From assembly GCF_006345805.1 (NCBI RefSeq), contig NC_043012.1:41230001-41294000 (forward strand): DNA of 64,000 nt. The letters run 5' to 3'. Source of the DNA: Octopus sinensis. Its lineage: Eukaryota. The position numbers and the translations under genes are program-made. Below the pieces are notes generated by a model. That model did not search any database and was not told where the DNA came from. It saw only the letters and a program-made list of their open reading frames with translations. Positions 1 through 13,393 of this stretch are shown here, piece by piece; position 1 is the first letter of the stretch, and each line of letters begins with the position of its first letter.

Positions 1-562
1 GACAGAAGTATGCGTGTATGTATACATACATGCAAACTTGTGCACACGCATGCACACACATGCGCATGCACACACACACACACACACTCACACATACAAA
101 TAATACACACGCTGCCATATCTTTCCGATATATAAATCTCTCGTCACATAAAATACTTGATATTGTAACAATTTTTGAAGGAATAGATTTAGATACATGT
201 TCTCTTACAAAACGCTTTCACTGTAAAATTAAATTTCAATGTTGTTCCAGTTACGATGTTAAATATCTACGAAAAAATAGAAGAATGGTTATTTTCTGCA
301 AGTGACGGTTCCTCAATAAACTAAAAGTTGTTTCAAACTGTGACATTCATTGAAAAAACTGTTTTCTGCAGTTAAGGGCAATGAAACTTTTACTGAATAT
401 ATTTGCCTTCTGCAGTAAAAGGATTAACTATACTGGGTATTAACGCAAGCCATATATAGAGATATTTTACCAAATATCTTAAAGCAATGCTCCAGAGACA
501 TGATTCTTGATGTTTACAGTTTGTACCACCATCATAGTATCGGAAAAGAATTTCAACTATAT

Positions 563-960
563 AGGCGTAGGAGTCGCTGTGTGGTAAGTAGCTTGCTTAC
601 GAGCCACATGGTTCCGAGTTCAGTCCCACTGCGTGGCACCTTGGGCAAGTGTCTTCTACTATAGCCTCATGCCGACCAAAGCCTTGTGAGTGGATTTGGT
701 AGATGGAAACTGAAAGAAGCCAGTCGTATATATGTTAATATATGTATGTATGTGTGTGTCTGTGTTTGTCCATCCCCCCGCTAATATCGCTTGACAACCG
801 ATGTTGGTGTGTTTACGTCCCCGTAAACTAGCAGTTCGGCAAAAGAGACCCATAGAATAAGTACTGGGCTTACAAAGAATAAGTCTTGGGGTAGATTTGC
901 TCGACTCAAGGCGGTGCTCCAGTATGGCCACAGTCAAATGACTGAAACATGTAAAAAAAA
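563..960 (+). mobile_element. tRNA-derived SINE, family 1 (CORE-like CCTTGGGCAAGT motif)
   Basis: tRNA-like head (GCTGTGTGGTAAG...GAGTTCAGTCCC), CCTTGGGCAAGT core and GGCGGTGCTCCAG...TGACTGAAACA tail; closely similar copies at 24978-25399 (+) and 36361-36826 (-). Confidence 0.85.
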
Positions 961-1454
961 GTATATTTAGACATAACTGCACATACATTTAAATATCTCT
1001 CTTGTTTATAATACTGTTGCAATATCGACCAATTTGTGCCAAGAGTTCTATGCGTTTAAGCGAAGCCTTGTCGTACGTAGCATAGGATGAAACCAAAACA
1101 TTTTGCAACTCTTCTCCAAAGATTTGAACATTTTAAAATATTTTCATTATGACTGACCATCATTTCATATCTCAGGTTTACAGGAAAACGATAATTTGAT
1201 TAATTTCTTCCTTGTAATTAATTTCTTAATTGTAAACTCGGAATATTTTAATTGGTGGTAATCCACAGACACATTTCTTTCTCTCCACAGATGAATGTGT
1301 TAAGCACGTGAAACATTAGCCCTAATATTAGGAGCAATTTCAAACAAATATTTTATTTAATATCTGTTATGTTATTATACCCTAATGTCTTCGCATTTAT
1401 ATTGTTCCAGTGGCTTATAAAATAAGGCTTGTTATTGTTATTATTGTTGTTGTA

Positions 1455-1750
1455 TTAAAACTCACAGCTTATTTTGCTGGGTGTGATGGAAAGTGTCAGC
1501 CGTCCACAGGCAGCAGACTAAGGCGACACTTGTTTATTGGTCATCCTCCAAGAACTTTGCGGAAACTTCTTGCAGTTCCAAGCAATGCTGATTTTTGTAG
1601 GTGTTCTACCTTCACACTTGCACCGATCTTTTTCAGCCATGTTGGTAGTTGAGTGCTGATACTTCCAACTGCACCAATTACTATCGAGTATCACGTCTGT
1701 TCTCTTCATTGACCACAGCCTTCGTATTTCCCACTTCAAGTCGTCATAAT
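1455..1750 (-). mobile_element. Dong/R4-like (RLE) non-LTR retrotransposon, 3' fragment
   Basis: Minus strand reads LKWEIRRLWSMK...IGA...LQKSALLGTARSFRKVL, with a frameshift; typical RLE-domain C-terminus. Lies next to (TTA)n; paralogous copy at 54305-54660. Confidence 0.7.
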
Positions 1751-1777
1751 GGTTTATTATTATTATTATTATTATTA

Positions 1778-1811
<34 letters not shown>

Positions 1812-2368
1812 GAGTGAGAGAGCAGTTCATGCCATCAAAGTGACACTGGGGTAAAATATACAAAGCCCAATATACCCATCATGACTACCCGTCTGATAAG
1901 GGTACACCAGACACATGCATCACAACCGTGTGTGCGCGACATGGTGATCTCATATCAAGATAAACAGCACATGACCTTGCAGGTGGGGCCCAGTTAGAAT
2001 TTTCTTCAGGTTGAGTAGCCCATCCCGCTCAAAAGGTCCCTGAATAAGGGTTGTTTAAGGATATTGAAAGAACCACCCATGTTTCCAGAGGTGAATTATT
2101 CAAACCCCAAAGAATCCCTCTCAACACATGGTTATGATGCTCCCCCACTACTTCTGCTTGTGATCAGAGATGCACATATCGTCAGCCACTAAGGGACATG
2201 CTCAACTGGTTATGGTCAAATAACTGACAAGCAAATCTGTGGTATTGAGCAGAATATTTGCTGTAGCCCATCTTTTATACCAAGACAAAACAGTGTACAT
2301 GATAACACTTCCAGTTAGTTAAGATCAGAAGCCATGAGAGCCACTGCCTGGTACTGCATCAGGGCATT
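1812..2368. mobile_element. Unclassified interspersed repeat embedded in (TTA)n
   Basis: About 550 bp of complex sequence with TTA arrays on both sides; its 3' part recurs at about 7393-7525. Confidence 0.55.
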
Positions 2369-2438
2369 TATTATTATTATTATTATTATTACTATTATTA
2401 TTATTATATTATTATATTATTATTATATCATCATCATC

Positions 2439-2569
<131 letters not shown>

Positions 2570-2918
2570 GTAGTAGTAGTAGTAGTAGTAGTAGAGTAGT
2601 AGTAGTAGTAGTAGTAGTAGTGTTATTATTATTATGAAGGCGGCCAGATGGCACGCTGACCAAAATGCCTTGGGACATTTCGTCCTTTATACATTTACAG
2701 TTCGAATTCAACCGCTGTCGACTTTGCCTTTTTTCCTTTTCGGATAATTGAAATAAGTAACAGTTTTAAGCTCTGAAGCCTATGTAAGCGACCATCTCCC
2801 TCCCCCAAAATTTCAGTTCTTGTGCTTATAGTAAATAGTATTCTTCTTCTTCTTCTTCTTCTTCTTCTTCTTCTTCTTCTTCTTCTTCTTCTTCTTCTTC
2901 TTCTTCTTCTTCTTCTAC

Positions 2919-2976
<58 letters not shown>

Positions 2977-2983
2977 CATTATC

Positions 2984-3033
<50 letters not shown>

Positions 3034-3044
3034 TATTTTATTGC

Positions 3045-3480
3045 CTTTGCACAGCTTCTAGCGCTGAAGCTGTACTAGGGTGTCAGCTGTTCACTACCAG
3101 TGAACTAAGGTAACACCCCTTGTTTTTCAAGCACCATTCGGAGTATTTGAGCGGTTCCAAACAGCGCTGTCTTCTACTACAAGCGCTCCACCCTTATTGC
3201 AGCCCCTATTTGTTCCATGTACTTTTCAAGATTTTTACTCACTGTTCCCAGGGCTCCGATAACTATTGATACTACCACCACCTTTCTCAGTGACCACAAC
3301 TGCTTAACCTCCCAAGCTAACCCGTCATATCTATCGACTTTTCTTTCTTCCTTTTCGCATAACTTGTTTTCAGCTGGACATGCTGTTTCCTTTGTATGCT
3401 TTCCTTCTCAATTAGCACTATACCTGATTTCCTATTATCTATCTCTTGGTCACACTGAATCATAAAATCCCATAGGATTT
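3045..3480 (-). mobile_element. Dong/R4-like non-LTR 3' fragment, second subfamily
   Basis: Minus strand reads DRYDGLAWEVKQLWSLRKVVVVSIVIGALGTV...KTALFGTAQILRMVLEK; the 3' end abuts a (TAA)n array. Confidence 0.7.
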
Positions 3481-3585
3481 TGTTGTTGTTGACATACCTG
3501 AACCATTAGCACGCCGGACACAATTATTTGAAGCATTTCGTCTTTGTTCACGTTCTTAATATTGTTTATATTTTTATTTTTTTAG

Positions 3586-3740
3586 AGTTAAAATCTGATC
3601 CGAAAATTCACCGGAAATCTCCAAATAATATCCATATAACATACAAGACTTCTTTGGGTATGATCAGTAATTTATTTACTAGAAATTTGTTACTGGAATA
3701 TTCTTTGAAACAAAATCGCAAATCTTCAGGAAATGTCTTG
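3586..3740 (+). CDS. ITIH-like gene, internal exon (linker between VIT and VWA); earlier exons not identified
   Basis: Polypyrimidine-TTTAG acceptor; open frame LKSDPKIHRKSPNNIHITYK...LLLEYSLKQNRKSSGNVL; TTG|GTAAGT donor, phase 0, matching the next exon. Confidence 0.6.
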
Positions 3741-5468
3741 GTAAGTTTAACACAACATTTATTCTCACCCTTATCTATTTAAAAAAAAAAAATCAAATGC
3801 TGAAAGCTTTGCGAGTTCCGCTTTATAGTTCGCCATGAAAGCTTGTGGCCTTATGGTTAAGGTGTTGAATCACGATATCAAGGTCATGACTTCAGTTCCA
3901 GGATCGGAAAAAGGCGCGTTATGTACTCTTCATTTTCACAGAACGCCGGTCGATTTTTATTCATTTAGAATAACCAAAGGACTGACTAGTATCCCCGTTC
4001 AAGGAGGATCTCGATCAGTCATCTGCCATGAAAACTATGTAATGTATATGTTGTTTGGCACTCCGTCGGTTACGACGACGAGGGTTCCAGTTGATCCGAC
4101 CAACGGAACAGCTTGCTCGTGAAATTAACGGGCAAGTGGATAAGTACTCCACATGAATATAAGAAGCTTCTAAAATATTGTGTGCGCACACCGAAAAATA
4201 CGTTAAGTTATTCACAACGTCACAAAACCTTCCCTTTCGTGTTTTCGGGGTCGATGAAATAAATACCAGTTGAGTAATTGGGATTGGTGTAATTAACGAA
4301 ATTCATTTATCTTTAAATCATTTTCTAAACCATAGTTTTAATTAAATTTGAAGTAAAAGAAATTATATAATTAGTTGTATTTAGATGTAGTATTCAGATA
4401 TAAGGTTTAAGGTTAATATTGGTTTCAACTTTTAGCACAAGGCCAGCAATTTCCGGTGATGTTAAGTCGATTATATCAAAACCAATGATCTGTATAAAGG
4501 ATATATCAAGAATATACCCTTTATACTATAAACACAGGGACCAAAATTTTGGGGCAAGGATCAAGTCAATTACATCGATCCCAGTGCTCAACAGGTATTT
4601 ATTTCAATGACCCCAAAAAGATAAAAGGTAAGGTTTGGCAATGTTGTGAATAACTTAACGTACCTTTTGGTATGTGCACACAATAGTTTAGAAGCTTCTT
4701 ATATTTATTCATATTTTATATCTTTTACAAGTATCAGTCTTGGAATTACCACCAAGCCGGGAAACCACCTTATTTTACCGACCTCGGGAGAATGAAGGGC
4801 AAAGATAACCTCGGCAGAATTTGAACTTAGAACGTAAAGACGGACGAAACACCGCGAAGCATTTTCTCGGCGAACTAAAGATGCTATCAGCTCGTCGCCC
4901 TGATTAAGTTTAACATTGACTTGAAATTTTGGCACTGGGCCAGCAAAAGCGGGCGAAGGGGGTAAGTCGATTACATCGACCCCAGTACTCAACTGGAACT
5001 TATATTATCGACCCTGGAAACGGAAAAGTCGTCCTCAGCGGAATTTGAACACACGGCATGCTAACGAATTTCGCTGCTCTTGATTAAGTTCCATATTAAG
5101 TCTTCTTCAGAATACTTTCTAATCAAAAATGATAAACCGGAATCAAAATCTTCTGCTTCCTTCAAGAATTTTGTTGATTACCAATTTGCTATGTTCTTAA
5201 AGACATTGAAGTACTTACGAAGAGGTTTCATCTTTCTTATTTCACCCATGAGGATGCGGCCATGCTGGGTCACCGCGTTGTTAAGCTTTTAGTTGAAGAA
5301 ATCGAACCCAGTACTTATTTTTTAAAAGTTTGTTACTTATTCTATCCGTCTCTTCTGTCGAACCGCTAAGTTATAGGGACAAAAACAAACCAAGACTGAT
5401 TGTCAAATGATAATAGTCGTGAATCAAGCACACACAGAAAGACACAAACACACATACATGCATACACA

Positions 5469-5507
<39 letters not shown>

Positions 5508-6076
5508 ATACAAGAGTTATGGAATGGAGTAGGTAGATCCGGTCCAGATACGTTTCATAGCGAGCGGAACCTCAGAAGTGGTAAATATCCAAGCGCGGTG
5601 TATACTGCTGGTTATTCTTCAGGCCAAGGATACCTTCGTTGAATTAAAAGTTACATTGTCGCAAGAACGTACACGTGGACGCAAGGCAGATAAAATCAGA
5701 ATGTGTTGAGAGCACAGCATGAGAGGGGTATATAAAAGTCGGAAGGAATAAGTATTAGAAGAAGGGAAGAAGGAAGAAAATATAAGGGAGTGGGAAGAAG
5801 GAGGACTTAAAGGAAGGCCAATTGACTGGTGTTAAAACAATGGAACAGTTTTGGCTGTTTCACCGAATTCGGTAAGGAGACTGGTATTTGAAGAAAATAT
5901 CATTTGGAAGGAAGAGGATGAGGAAATAGTTTTGGTCAAGATGGAGAAAGAAAGTGTGTATGAAGAAAGCAAGAGTGAGGAATTTATGTACGGTTGTTTG
6001 ACTGGTGGCATTCAAAAGTCTTTTATAGCCGAATCACAAAAATTACCTGGGGAATTGTATTGAAGGAAAAAAATAT

Positions 6077-6117
<41 letters not shown>

Positions 6118-6282
6118 GATATATATAGAGGGAAGTTTACGAAAGAAAACAAAAGACGAAGACAGGTGGTGTACAAAACAAAACAGATGTATTAGTATAA
6201 CGCTCAGGAATATATATATATATTATATATATATATATATATAATATATTATATATATATATATATATAATTATATTATATA

Positions 6283-6325
<43 letters not shown>

Positions 6326-6334
6326 GCATATGTA

Positions 6335-6376
<42 letters not shown>

Positions 6377-6428
6377 CATATATGTATATATATAATATAT
6401 GTATGTATGTATGTATGTATGTATATAT

Positions 6429-6467
<39 letters not shown>

Positions 6468-6583
6468 CAAAGCAATTAAGATTCAAGTAACTTCCAATGA
6501 ATTTACTTGAATGTGGTACTTAACTTAGATGCACCAGAAAAACTATATGGTGTTATCCATACAGTAATGTGGGGTGATTATAA

Positions 6584-7146
6584 ACGAGAAGGAAGCAACA
6601 AGAATGGATTGGTTTTTAGTACAATTGTTTCATACAAAGACAGGCTTTATTACAAGTTGCAAAAATTGCAGCAGATAAAAGTGTCCCGTACTCATCAGCT
6701 AAAATACATTTGAGTTCTCTAGACATCTTAGTGGGTGAGGTTATACTCATGAGATATTGGAGATAGTTCCATTAGAGGCAGATATAGGTTGTAAACAGTT
6801 TTCCAAAGTTCCTTAATGATGATGCACAGTCTTATCACAGATTAAAAAAAAAAAATTCATCTTCTCTTCGAAACTAATAAGTTTTTAAAAATCTGTGATA
6901 AGACTGTGCATCATCATTAACGAACTTTGGAAAACTGTTTACAACCTATATCTGCCTCTAATGGAACAATCTCCAATATCTCATGAGTATAACCTCACCC
7001 ACTAAGATGTCTAGAGAACTCAAATGTATTTTAGCTGATGAGTACGGGACACTTTTATCTGCTGCAATTTTTGCAACTTGTAATAAAGCCTGTCTTTGTA
7101 TGAAACAATTGTACTAAAAACAATCCATTCTTGTTGCTTCTTTCTC

Positions 7147-7148
<2 letters not shown>
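6584..7148. repeat. Near-perfect long inverted repeat (about 265-bp arms), Penelope-like pLTR remnant
   Basis: 6584-~6849 is the reverse complement of ~6882-7148. TA arrays lie nearby on both sides, and each arm contains a hammerhead motif. Confidence 0.9.
7029..7119 (+). ncRNA. Type I hammerhead ribozyme with enlarged stem II (mirror copy on - at 6614-6704)
   Basis: TTTTAG-CTGATGA-GTACGGGACA...TGTCTTTGTAT-GAAA-CAATTG-TA-CTAAAA: stem I, conserved core, stem II, palindromic stem III and GUA cleavage triplet. Confidence 0.75.
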
Positions 7149-7184
<36 letters not shown>

Positions 7185-7201
7185 TGGCATATATGTATAT
7201 A

Positions 7202-7255
<54 letters not shown>

Positions 7256-7288
7256 GATATATATGTATGTATGTATGTATGTATATAT

Positions 7289-7325
<37 letters not shown>

Positions 7326-7550
7326 GAATGGAGGGGGAGGATGGGGAAATTTTTTCGGTTAGAGGGAGAAAGACTAACTGGGGAAGATCAAACAACTGAC
7401 AAGCAAATCTGTGGCATTGAGCAGAATATTTGCTGCAGCCCATCTTTTATACTAAGACGAAACAATGTACATGATAACACTTCCAATCAGTTAAGATCAG
7501 AAGCCATAAGAGCCACTGCTTGGCATTTATCCTCTTCCTCCTCCTCCTCC

Positions 7551-7587
<37 letters not shown>

Positions 7588-7879
7588 TATCGTTATTATT
7601 ATTATTATTATTATTATTATGATTATTATTATTATTTCTCCAATCACTTAGAGAGGGAATGTGAAACCCATGGTCTTTTCAAGACGTCCGGAATCTGTCG
7701 AAAAAATTTGGTATTCGTAAACTGGAGACCTCCAATCCTAATACGTACAAAAAATTGACGTCTGTGAAAGACAGCCATGACCGAGATTGAAATGTGAAAG
7801 TGAACGATTAATAGATACCGATTTTTCTTAAAATTATGCAACCGTTCTTTGTACATTAATTTCTTGCTTGTCTTTCCAG

Positions 7880-8165
7880 TGGAACAACAAAGAGGGACTG
7901 ATTTTCTTCTCACCTCGACGGTTGAAAGCGTTTCCAAAGGACATTATCTTCACCATTGACTATACTGATTCCATGAAAGGCGAGAAATTGTCCGAAGTGA
8001 AAAAAGCATTATCCAGCATATTACGAATGACCTCCCCAAAAGACCGGTTCAAAATTCTTTTATACAACAAGGACGTGTACCAATGGTCTTATGGTTTGCT
8101 GCCTGTTAGCTCCCGCAACATTAAAGTGGCTTTCGCGTTATTTAAGAAGATTATGCCGAGTGATA
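7880..8165 (+). CDS. ITIH-like gene, exon encoding the N-terminal half of the VWA domain
   Basis: TTTCCAG acceptor. WNNKEGLIFFSPRRLKAFPKDIIFTIDYTDSMKGEKLSEVKKALSSIL...DRFKILLY resembles ITIH FFAP..L...PKN.VFVID.SGSM.G.K....K.AL..IL...D.F. A|GTAAGT donor, phase 1. Confidence 0.9.
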
Positions 8166-8193
8166 GTAAGTAATCAGTTATGTGCGCTTACTT

Positions 8194-8228
<35 letters not shown>

Positions 8229-8513
8229 CTACTACGAAGGTTTACATATATACTATGCCTGGGAAATGACATTTTATCATTTAAATGAAGAAGTTAAAAC
8301 AACGTAAAGTTGCCGGTGTTGTCGCCACGTTTGAAACAATAAAAGTCTAGCTGCTCACTTTTAAATCTCCTTTACGGCTTGCTCCATCAAGTATAACTTA
8401 GGCTAAGCGACATCGAGATGGAGTTTCCAAAATATCTTTTTTTATTTAGTATTTCTATGAAATTTTGTGTTCTTTATCTTATTTTTCTGTTATTTCTAAT
8501 TTTTATTCTGTAG

Positions 8514-9181
8514 CGAGTGATTTAAATTTGGCCATTGAAGAAAGTTTAAAACAGTTGAAGAAATCTGCTTCCAACAAAAAGAGAGTCCGAGTTGTGTATT
8601 TCCTCACAGATGGCTGGCAGTCAATGCCTCATATCAAAAGACACAAAATAACCAAATCGTTCCGTGAAGCTAACAAAGATTGCAAAGCTATATTCTTCAC
8701 CGTTGCTTTATATCCGAAAGCTGATTACGTCTTATTGAAAACCTTATCGAATCTGAGCGGAGGCAAAACGTTGAGAATTACTGAGAAACAAAACATATCA
8801 AAGGCTATGGTAAATTTCTACAAAGAAATGAGGACACCGCTTTTAACTAATTTATCAACAGTCGGACCTTATTATAATACATCATATTACGTTGGTTTGA
8901 AGGATTATTACAAAGGTTCTGAAAATATCTTGTATTTTAACAAAGCTAATGTGAACTCTAGTGATGGTAGCACGTTATATGTCTACTCTGACAGCGCAAA
9001 TGGCGCAGTCAAGTTCAAAAGTACCATTGAAGATTCTCACATCGAAGATAATATTGGAGGGCTTAACAGTGTACAGAGAAAGAATTTCATGGCAAAATAT
9101 TTGGATTTTTTATTTGTAAGAATGGTTATTGACAGAAAGTTGAAAGCACGCGAAGAAGAAGCAATCGACAAAGCAACGAAG
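8514..9181 (+). CDS. ITIH-like gene, exon encoding the C-terminal half of VWA and the hybrid domain
   Basis: TCTGTAG acceptor, phase 1; contains VYFLTDG, ADYVLLKTLSNLSGG, NFYKEMRTPLL and YYKGSE; AAG|GTAAGT donor. Confidence 0.92.
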
Positions 9182-9772
9182 GTAAGTTATAAAACCAAAA
9201 GCACCATCAAATATCGTAAATTTTACGAATTCTGATCAAATAGTATCGGAACTGTTGCTATGGTAACAGAGTTAAAGTACGCAGAGTGAAGCTGTTTGGC
9301 ACAGACTGACCGTCATCTCTGTCGCGCATGCACACCAAGCCACAACACTTTCGCTCACTTCCGTTCTTTATAGGAGTGTTTGCAAATAAAGTGTGGTCGT
9401 CTCACCACACCACAGAGATTCGTGACCATGACAGAGAAAATGTGTGTGCGCGCACGTGTGTTGGCATATGTGTGTGTGTGTGTGTGCGTGTGTTTTATAC
9501 GCTTGATTCGTGTTTGCATTTCTGTTTGTCCCCACCGCCATTTGGCAACCGGTGTTAGCTTGTTTACGTTCCAGTAACTAAGCGGCTCGGCCTAAGCTGC
9601 CGATAAAGTAAGTACTGGACTTCCGGTCAAATGTATTTTTCTTGTAATACTACACCTGGCTGAGAGGGGAGAGTGAGAGTGAGAGAGAGGGACGGACAGA
9701 TAGATGTGGGCGAGGGGGGGAAAGGAGTGCAGATTTGAATGTGGTTCTATTTGCTGTTTTTCTATATTTCAG

Positions 9773-9842
9773 AATGGCTTTTTAACACCCTGGACCTACA
9801 TGTCTGCGCTGCCCAGCACTTACGACGCTGTTCAAAATTTAG
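9773..9842 (+). CDS. ITIH-like gene exon (FVTP-like motif)
   Basis: TTTCAG acceptor, phase 0; NGFLTPWTYMSALP... resembles ITIH Y.FVTPLTSMV; G|GTAAGA donor, phase 1. Confidence 0.85.
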
Positions 9843-10859
9843 GTAAGAAAGCTTAAGTTTCGGTGAGGAGAGTAAGTCGATTACATTGACCCCTAGTACT
9901 CAACTGGTACTTATTTTATCCACCCCGAAAAGATGAATGGTAAAGTCGACCTCAGCGGAATTTGAACTCAGAACTTTTTGGATTTTTAGGCTGCCTCATC
10001 TTTTCTTTCTTTGCGTTCCTTTATGCTACAATGCCATTAATTGCCAAGCCTTGTTTAGATCAAAAACATTCAGAACAGGAAAAGAAAACTTTTCATAAAC
10101 CTATACACGCACACATATATATATATGATACTATCCCTTTATGAGGCTATTATAACCTCTATTATATATATATATATACAATATACTGTTCCGTGATAGA
10201 AAGTTCAACAAAAAAAGTATTCCATCTTAGTGAGAGATAAATAGTATTTATTTAAAGGTCACAATACTTATATTAAAGCAATACTAATAGTTTCATATGC
10301 TGAGAAAACTCAAACATATTCTTCATACAACGAACTGATATGTGGTTTGCGCCTGAAGAGTCCTTTCTGGTATTTTGTAGATTATTATTTGGGACTTTTT
10401 AGTTTGTTTGTTTTCTTTTTTGTTTTTGGTTCTACTTTGTAAAACCATTATCGTCAGGTTCCTTGGGTTGTTCTCGTCGTCATCGTTACCCCTTTTCGTT
10501 ATCTATCTCTCTTTCTATCGATCAATCGATCTATTTTAATATATATTTTTTATATATAGGAACGAGTGCTTTAAAGGTGCGAAAGACCTGGTTGGAAGCC
10601 CAACCTTCCGAGTTCTTTCACAGGGCCGAGGAAAAACTGAAGGACTGATACAATAAGTGTGTGAATTTGAAAAGGGAACACGTTAAATAAAACCATAATT
10701 AATTGATCCCACTGTATTTTCTATTACCCAAAGGGAACTTTTTCAGCACTTCCTCGTATATGTTTGTTTGTTTGCCAAAGTATAATAATAATATTTGGCG
10801 GGAAGACTGGATCTTGAATCACAACAGACAAACATTTACATTAATAGCCGGGAGCGTAA

Positions 10860-11290
10860 GACAGTGAGCTGGCAAAATCGTTAGCACTGGGCGAAATGCT
10901 TGGCGGCGAGCTGGCAGAAACGTTAGCATGCCGGGCGAAATGCGTAGCCGTATTTCGTCTGCTGTTACGTTCTGAGTTCAAATTCCGCCGAGGTCGACTT
11001 TGCCTTTCATCCTTTCGGGGTCGATAAATTAAGTACCAGTTACGCACTGGGGTGGAAATAATCGATCTGTCTGTCTGTCCTTGTTTGTCTCCTCTGTGTT
11101 TAGCCCCTTGTGGGTAGTAAAGAAATAGGTATTTCGTCCGTTTTCACGTTCTGAGTTCAAATTCTGCCGAGGTAGACATTGCCTTTCATCCTTTCGGGGT
11201 TCGATAGAATAAGCACCAACTGTATACCATGGTCGATGTAGTTGGCTACACTCCTCTCAAAAATGTCACGCCTTGTGCCTTTAATAGAAA
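10860..11290 (+). mobile_element. SINE family 2, nested or tandem copies
   Basis: GAGCTGGCAGAAACGTTAGC...GAGTTCAAATTCCGCCGAGGTCGACTTTGCCTTTCATCCTTTCGGGGTCGATAAA; related copies near 2638, 4780-5075 (-), 9860 (-), 14785, 15850 (-), 16140 (-), 18340 (-) and 28430. Confidence 0.8.
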
Positions 11291-12622
11291 GGTTTATTTA
11301 TGACAGCGGACCACTTTGACTTTTATAATTTCGGACTCGATGAAATAAAGAGCAGTTGAGCGGAGGTTGATGTAAACGACAAGACTTCTCTCCAGGTGTT
11401 GTGCATATTTCAGGTTTTGTGAATATGATAGAAATGGTTATCTATAGCTTTAAGTGATGTACTTCGTGATGCAACATTCCACAATATAAACTTTCTTTTA
11501 AAAGTTTATAAAATTCGTATGGCATCAACAATATACTGTAACCTGTATGTATGTATGTATGTATGTATGTATGTATGTATGTATGTATGTATGTTTATTT
11601 GTATGTATGTATGTATGTATGTATGTATGTATGTATGTATGCATGCATGTATGTATGTATGTATGTATGTATGTATGTATGTATGTATGTATGTATGTAT
11701 GTATGTATGTGTATGTGTGCATGTGTGTATGTATATATATATATATGTGTAAATATATATATATGGTCGGGTCGTTGGCAACTAAACCGGCAACCCCACC
11801 AAGCTTGCTTGGTGAGGAGGGTGTTTATTGGACACCCTGCGGGATGAAAACACGTCAAAGGGTGGAGGAACTCTTGAGAGTCAACGGCCATCCAATAAAT
11901 ATCTTAAGGATGTATCATGTGCGGGGACATAGAAATAATCAGACTGAATACCCGATCGCGCGGTTAAACCATTGGGAGTGAAGGACTCCTGGCCTTTGTT
12001 AGGGCATCCTTCTAGGAGAAGGTAACTCAGGTAACTGGGATAACTCCGACATAAAACCTGCGGCTCAGTGGTTACCGATGATGTTGACTTGTTCTTCTTT
12101 TCGGATTATGGCTGCTGTTGCTTAGTGAGTGGAATTGACTCAGTGCACAGCCTTGCCTCACTTTAAAAAAATCTCTTCTTGCACATGCATTGCACGATAA
12201 CAACATTGATTAAGCTTCGTGCAATGGCCATACTCGATATCGAGGGGGCAGCCACCATATATTATTAGTCGTAAGACACTTGCTGTTTTTACCATTATTG
12301 CTTTTGTATTTCACGTTTTTGTATTTCATTATTGTTTTTTGTTTTTTTATATTCGTGTGGCACCGTCCGTTTTGCTGTCCCTGTGTTCGTATGCATTCGA
12401 TCCTTCTTCCAGGAAATCTACGCTCCTAGCTTAGTTTTTCTAATGTTCGTTGCTTAGTTTTTCCTGGAGGGCTGGCCGGTTCTAGTAATCTCAAGATTAA
12501 TCAGCCGAAATTACTACGATGATCCGGTTCTTGGCTTCGAATGTCCTGTCTGTGTTTGTTGTATCGTCTTCTAAGTTTTTATGCGTTCTTGTCTCAGTTT
12601 GTATTTTTCTACATATCATAAT

Positions 12623-12667
<45 letters not shown>

Positions 12668-12757
12668 TATATATTATATATACATACATATATGAGTGTG
12701 TGTATGTGTGTGTGTGTTGTATTTGTGTGCATGTAATATCTTCTGTTATCTATTTAG

Positions 12758-12818
12758 TTACTGGAGAACATTTTGGATGTAGAGATAGAAATACCTGGAA
12801 GAGGCTTCACAGGATCAG
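12758..12818 (+). CDS. Candidate ITIH-like linker exon (LLENILDVEIEIPGRGFTGS)
   Basis: TATTTAG acceptor and strong CAG|GTAAGC donor. It fits the downstream exon (phase 1) only if entered in phase 0, so it needs an extra phase-shifting exon upstream. Confidence 0.45.
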
Positions 12819-12871
12819 GTAAGCTCATGTAGACATAACATAAACACACATCCATAGCGCGTGCACATTCA

Positions 12872-12903
<32 letters not shown>

Positions 12904-13393
12904 TATATGTATATATAATATATATATATATAAATCAAACTGCAAAATAAAACTCATATAAACTCGTGGTGCATAAGGCAATTACATCGTCCGTAGCAGA
13001 CGATCCTTGTCTCTTAGCGATATAAATACGACTGCTTTCATGCAGCACGGCTCCTTATGAGAGATACTCTCAAGATAACTAACGTACGATTCTGTTCTCT
13101 AACACAAAATCCACGTTTAGGTGGATATAAAGATTGTCTTTTCATATTAATACTGATGCTGTCGCTATTAATTGTTTTATGCATAAAAATATTTATCTAT
13201 GATATATGTATGTGTTTCTGTATGTGTGTCTGTATGTGTGTCGGCATGCACATTCATAACCTTATATATCCATCAATTTATTTGCTTTCATAATTCAAAG
13301 TCTCATTTTAAACCTTTATCCTTTTTAATAATTCTCCATCCATACCAATTACACTCACACAACACCACCATCAAACCATCATCCACATCTCAG

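Noticed and set aside
1270-1330. Strong splice acceptor TTTCTTTCTCTCCACAG as a possible ITIH VIT exon
   Set aside because: All three frames reach a stop within about 30 nt and show no ITIH-like sequence.
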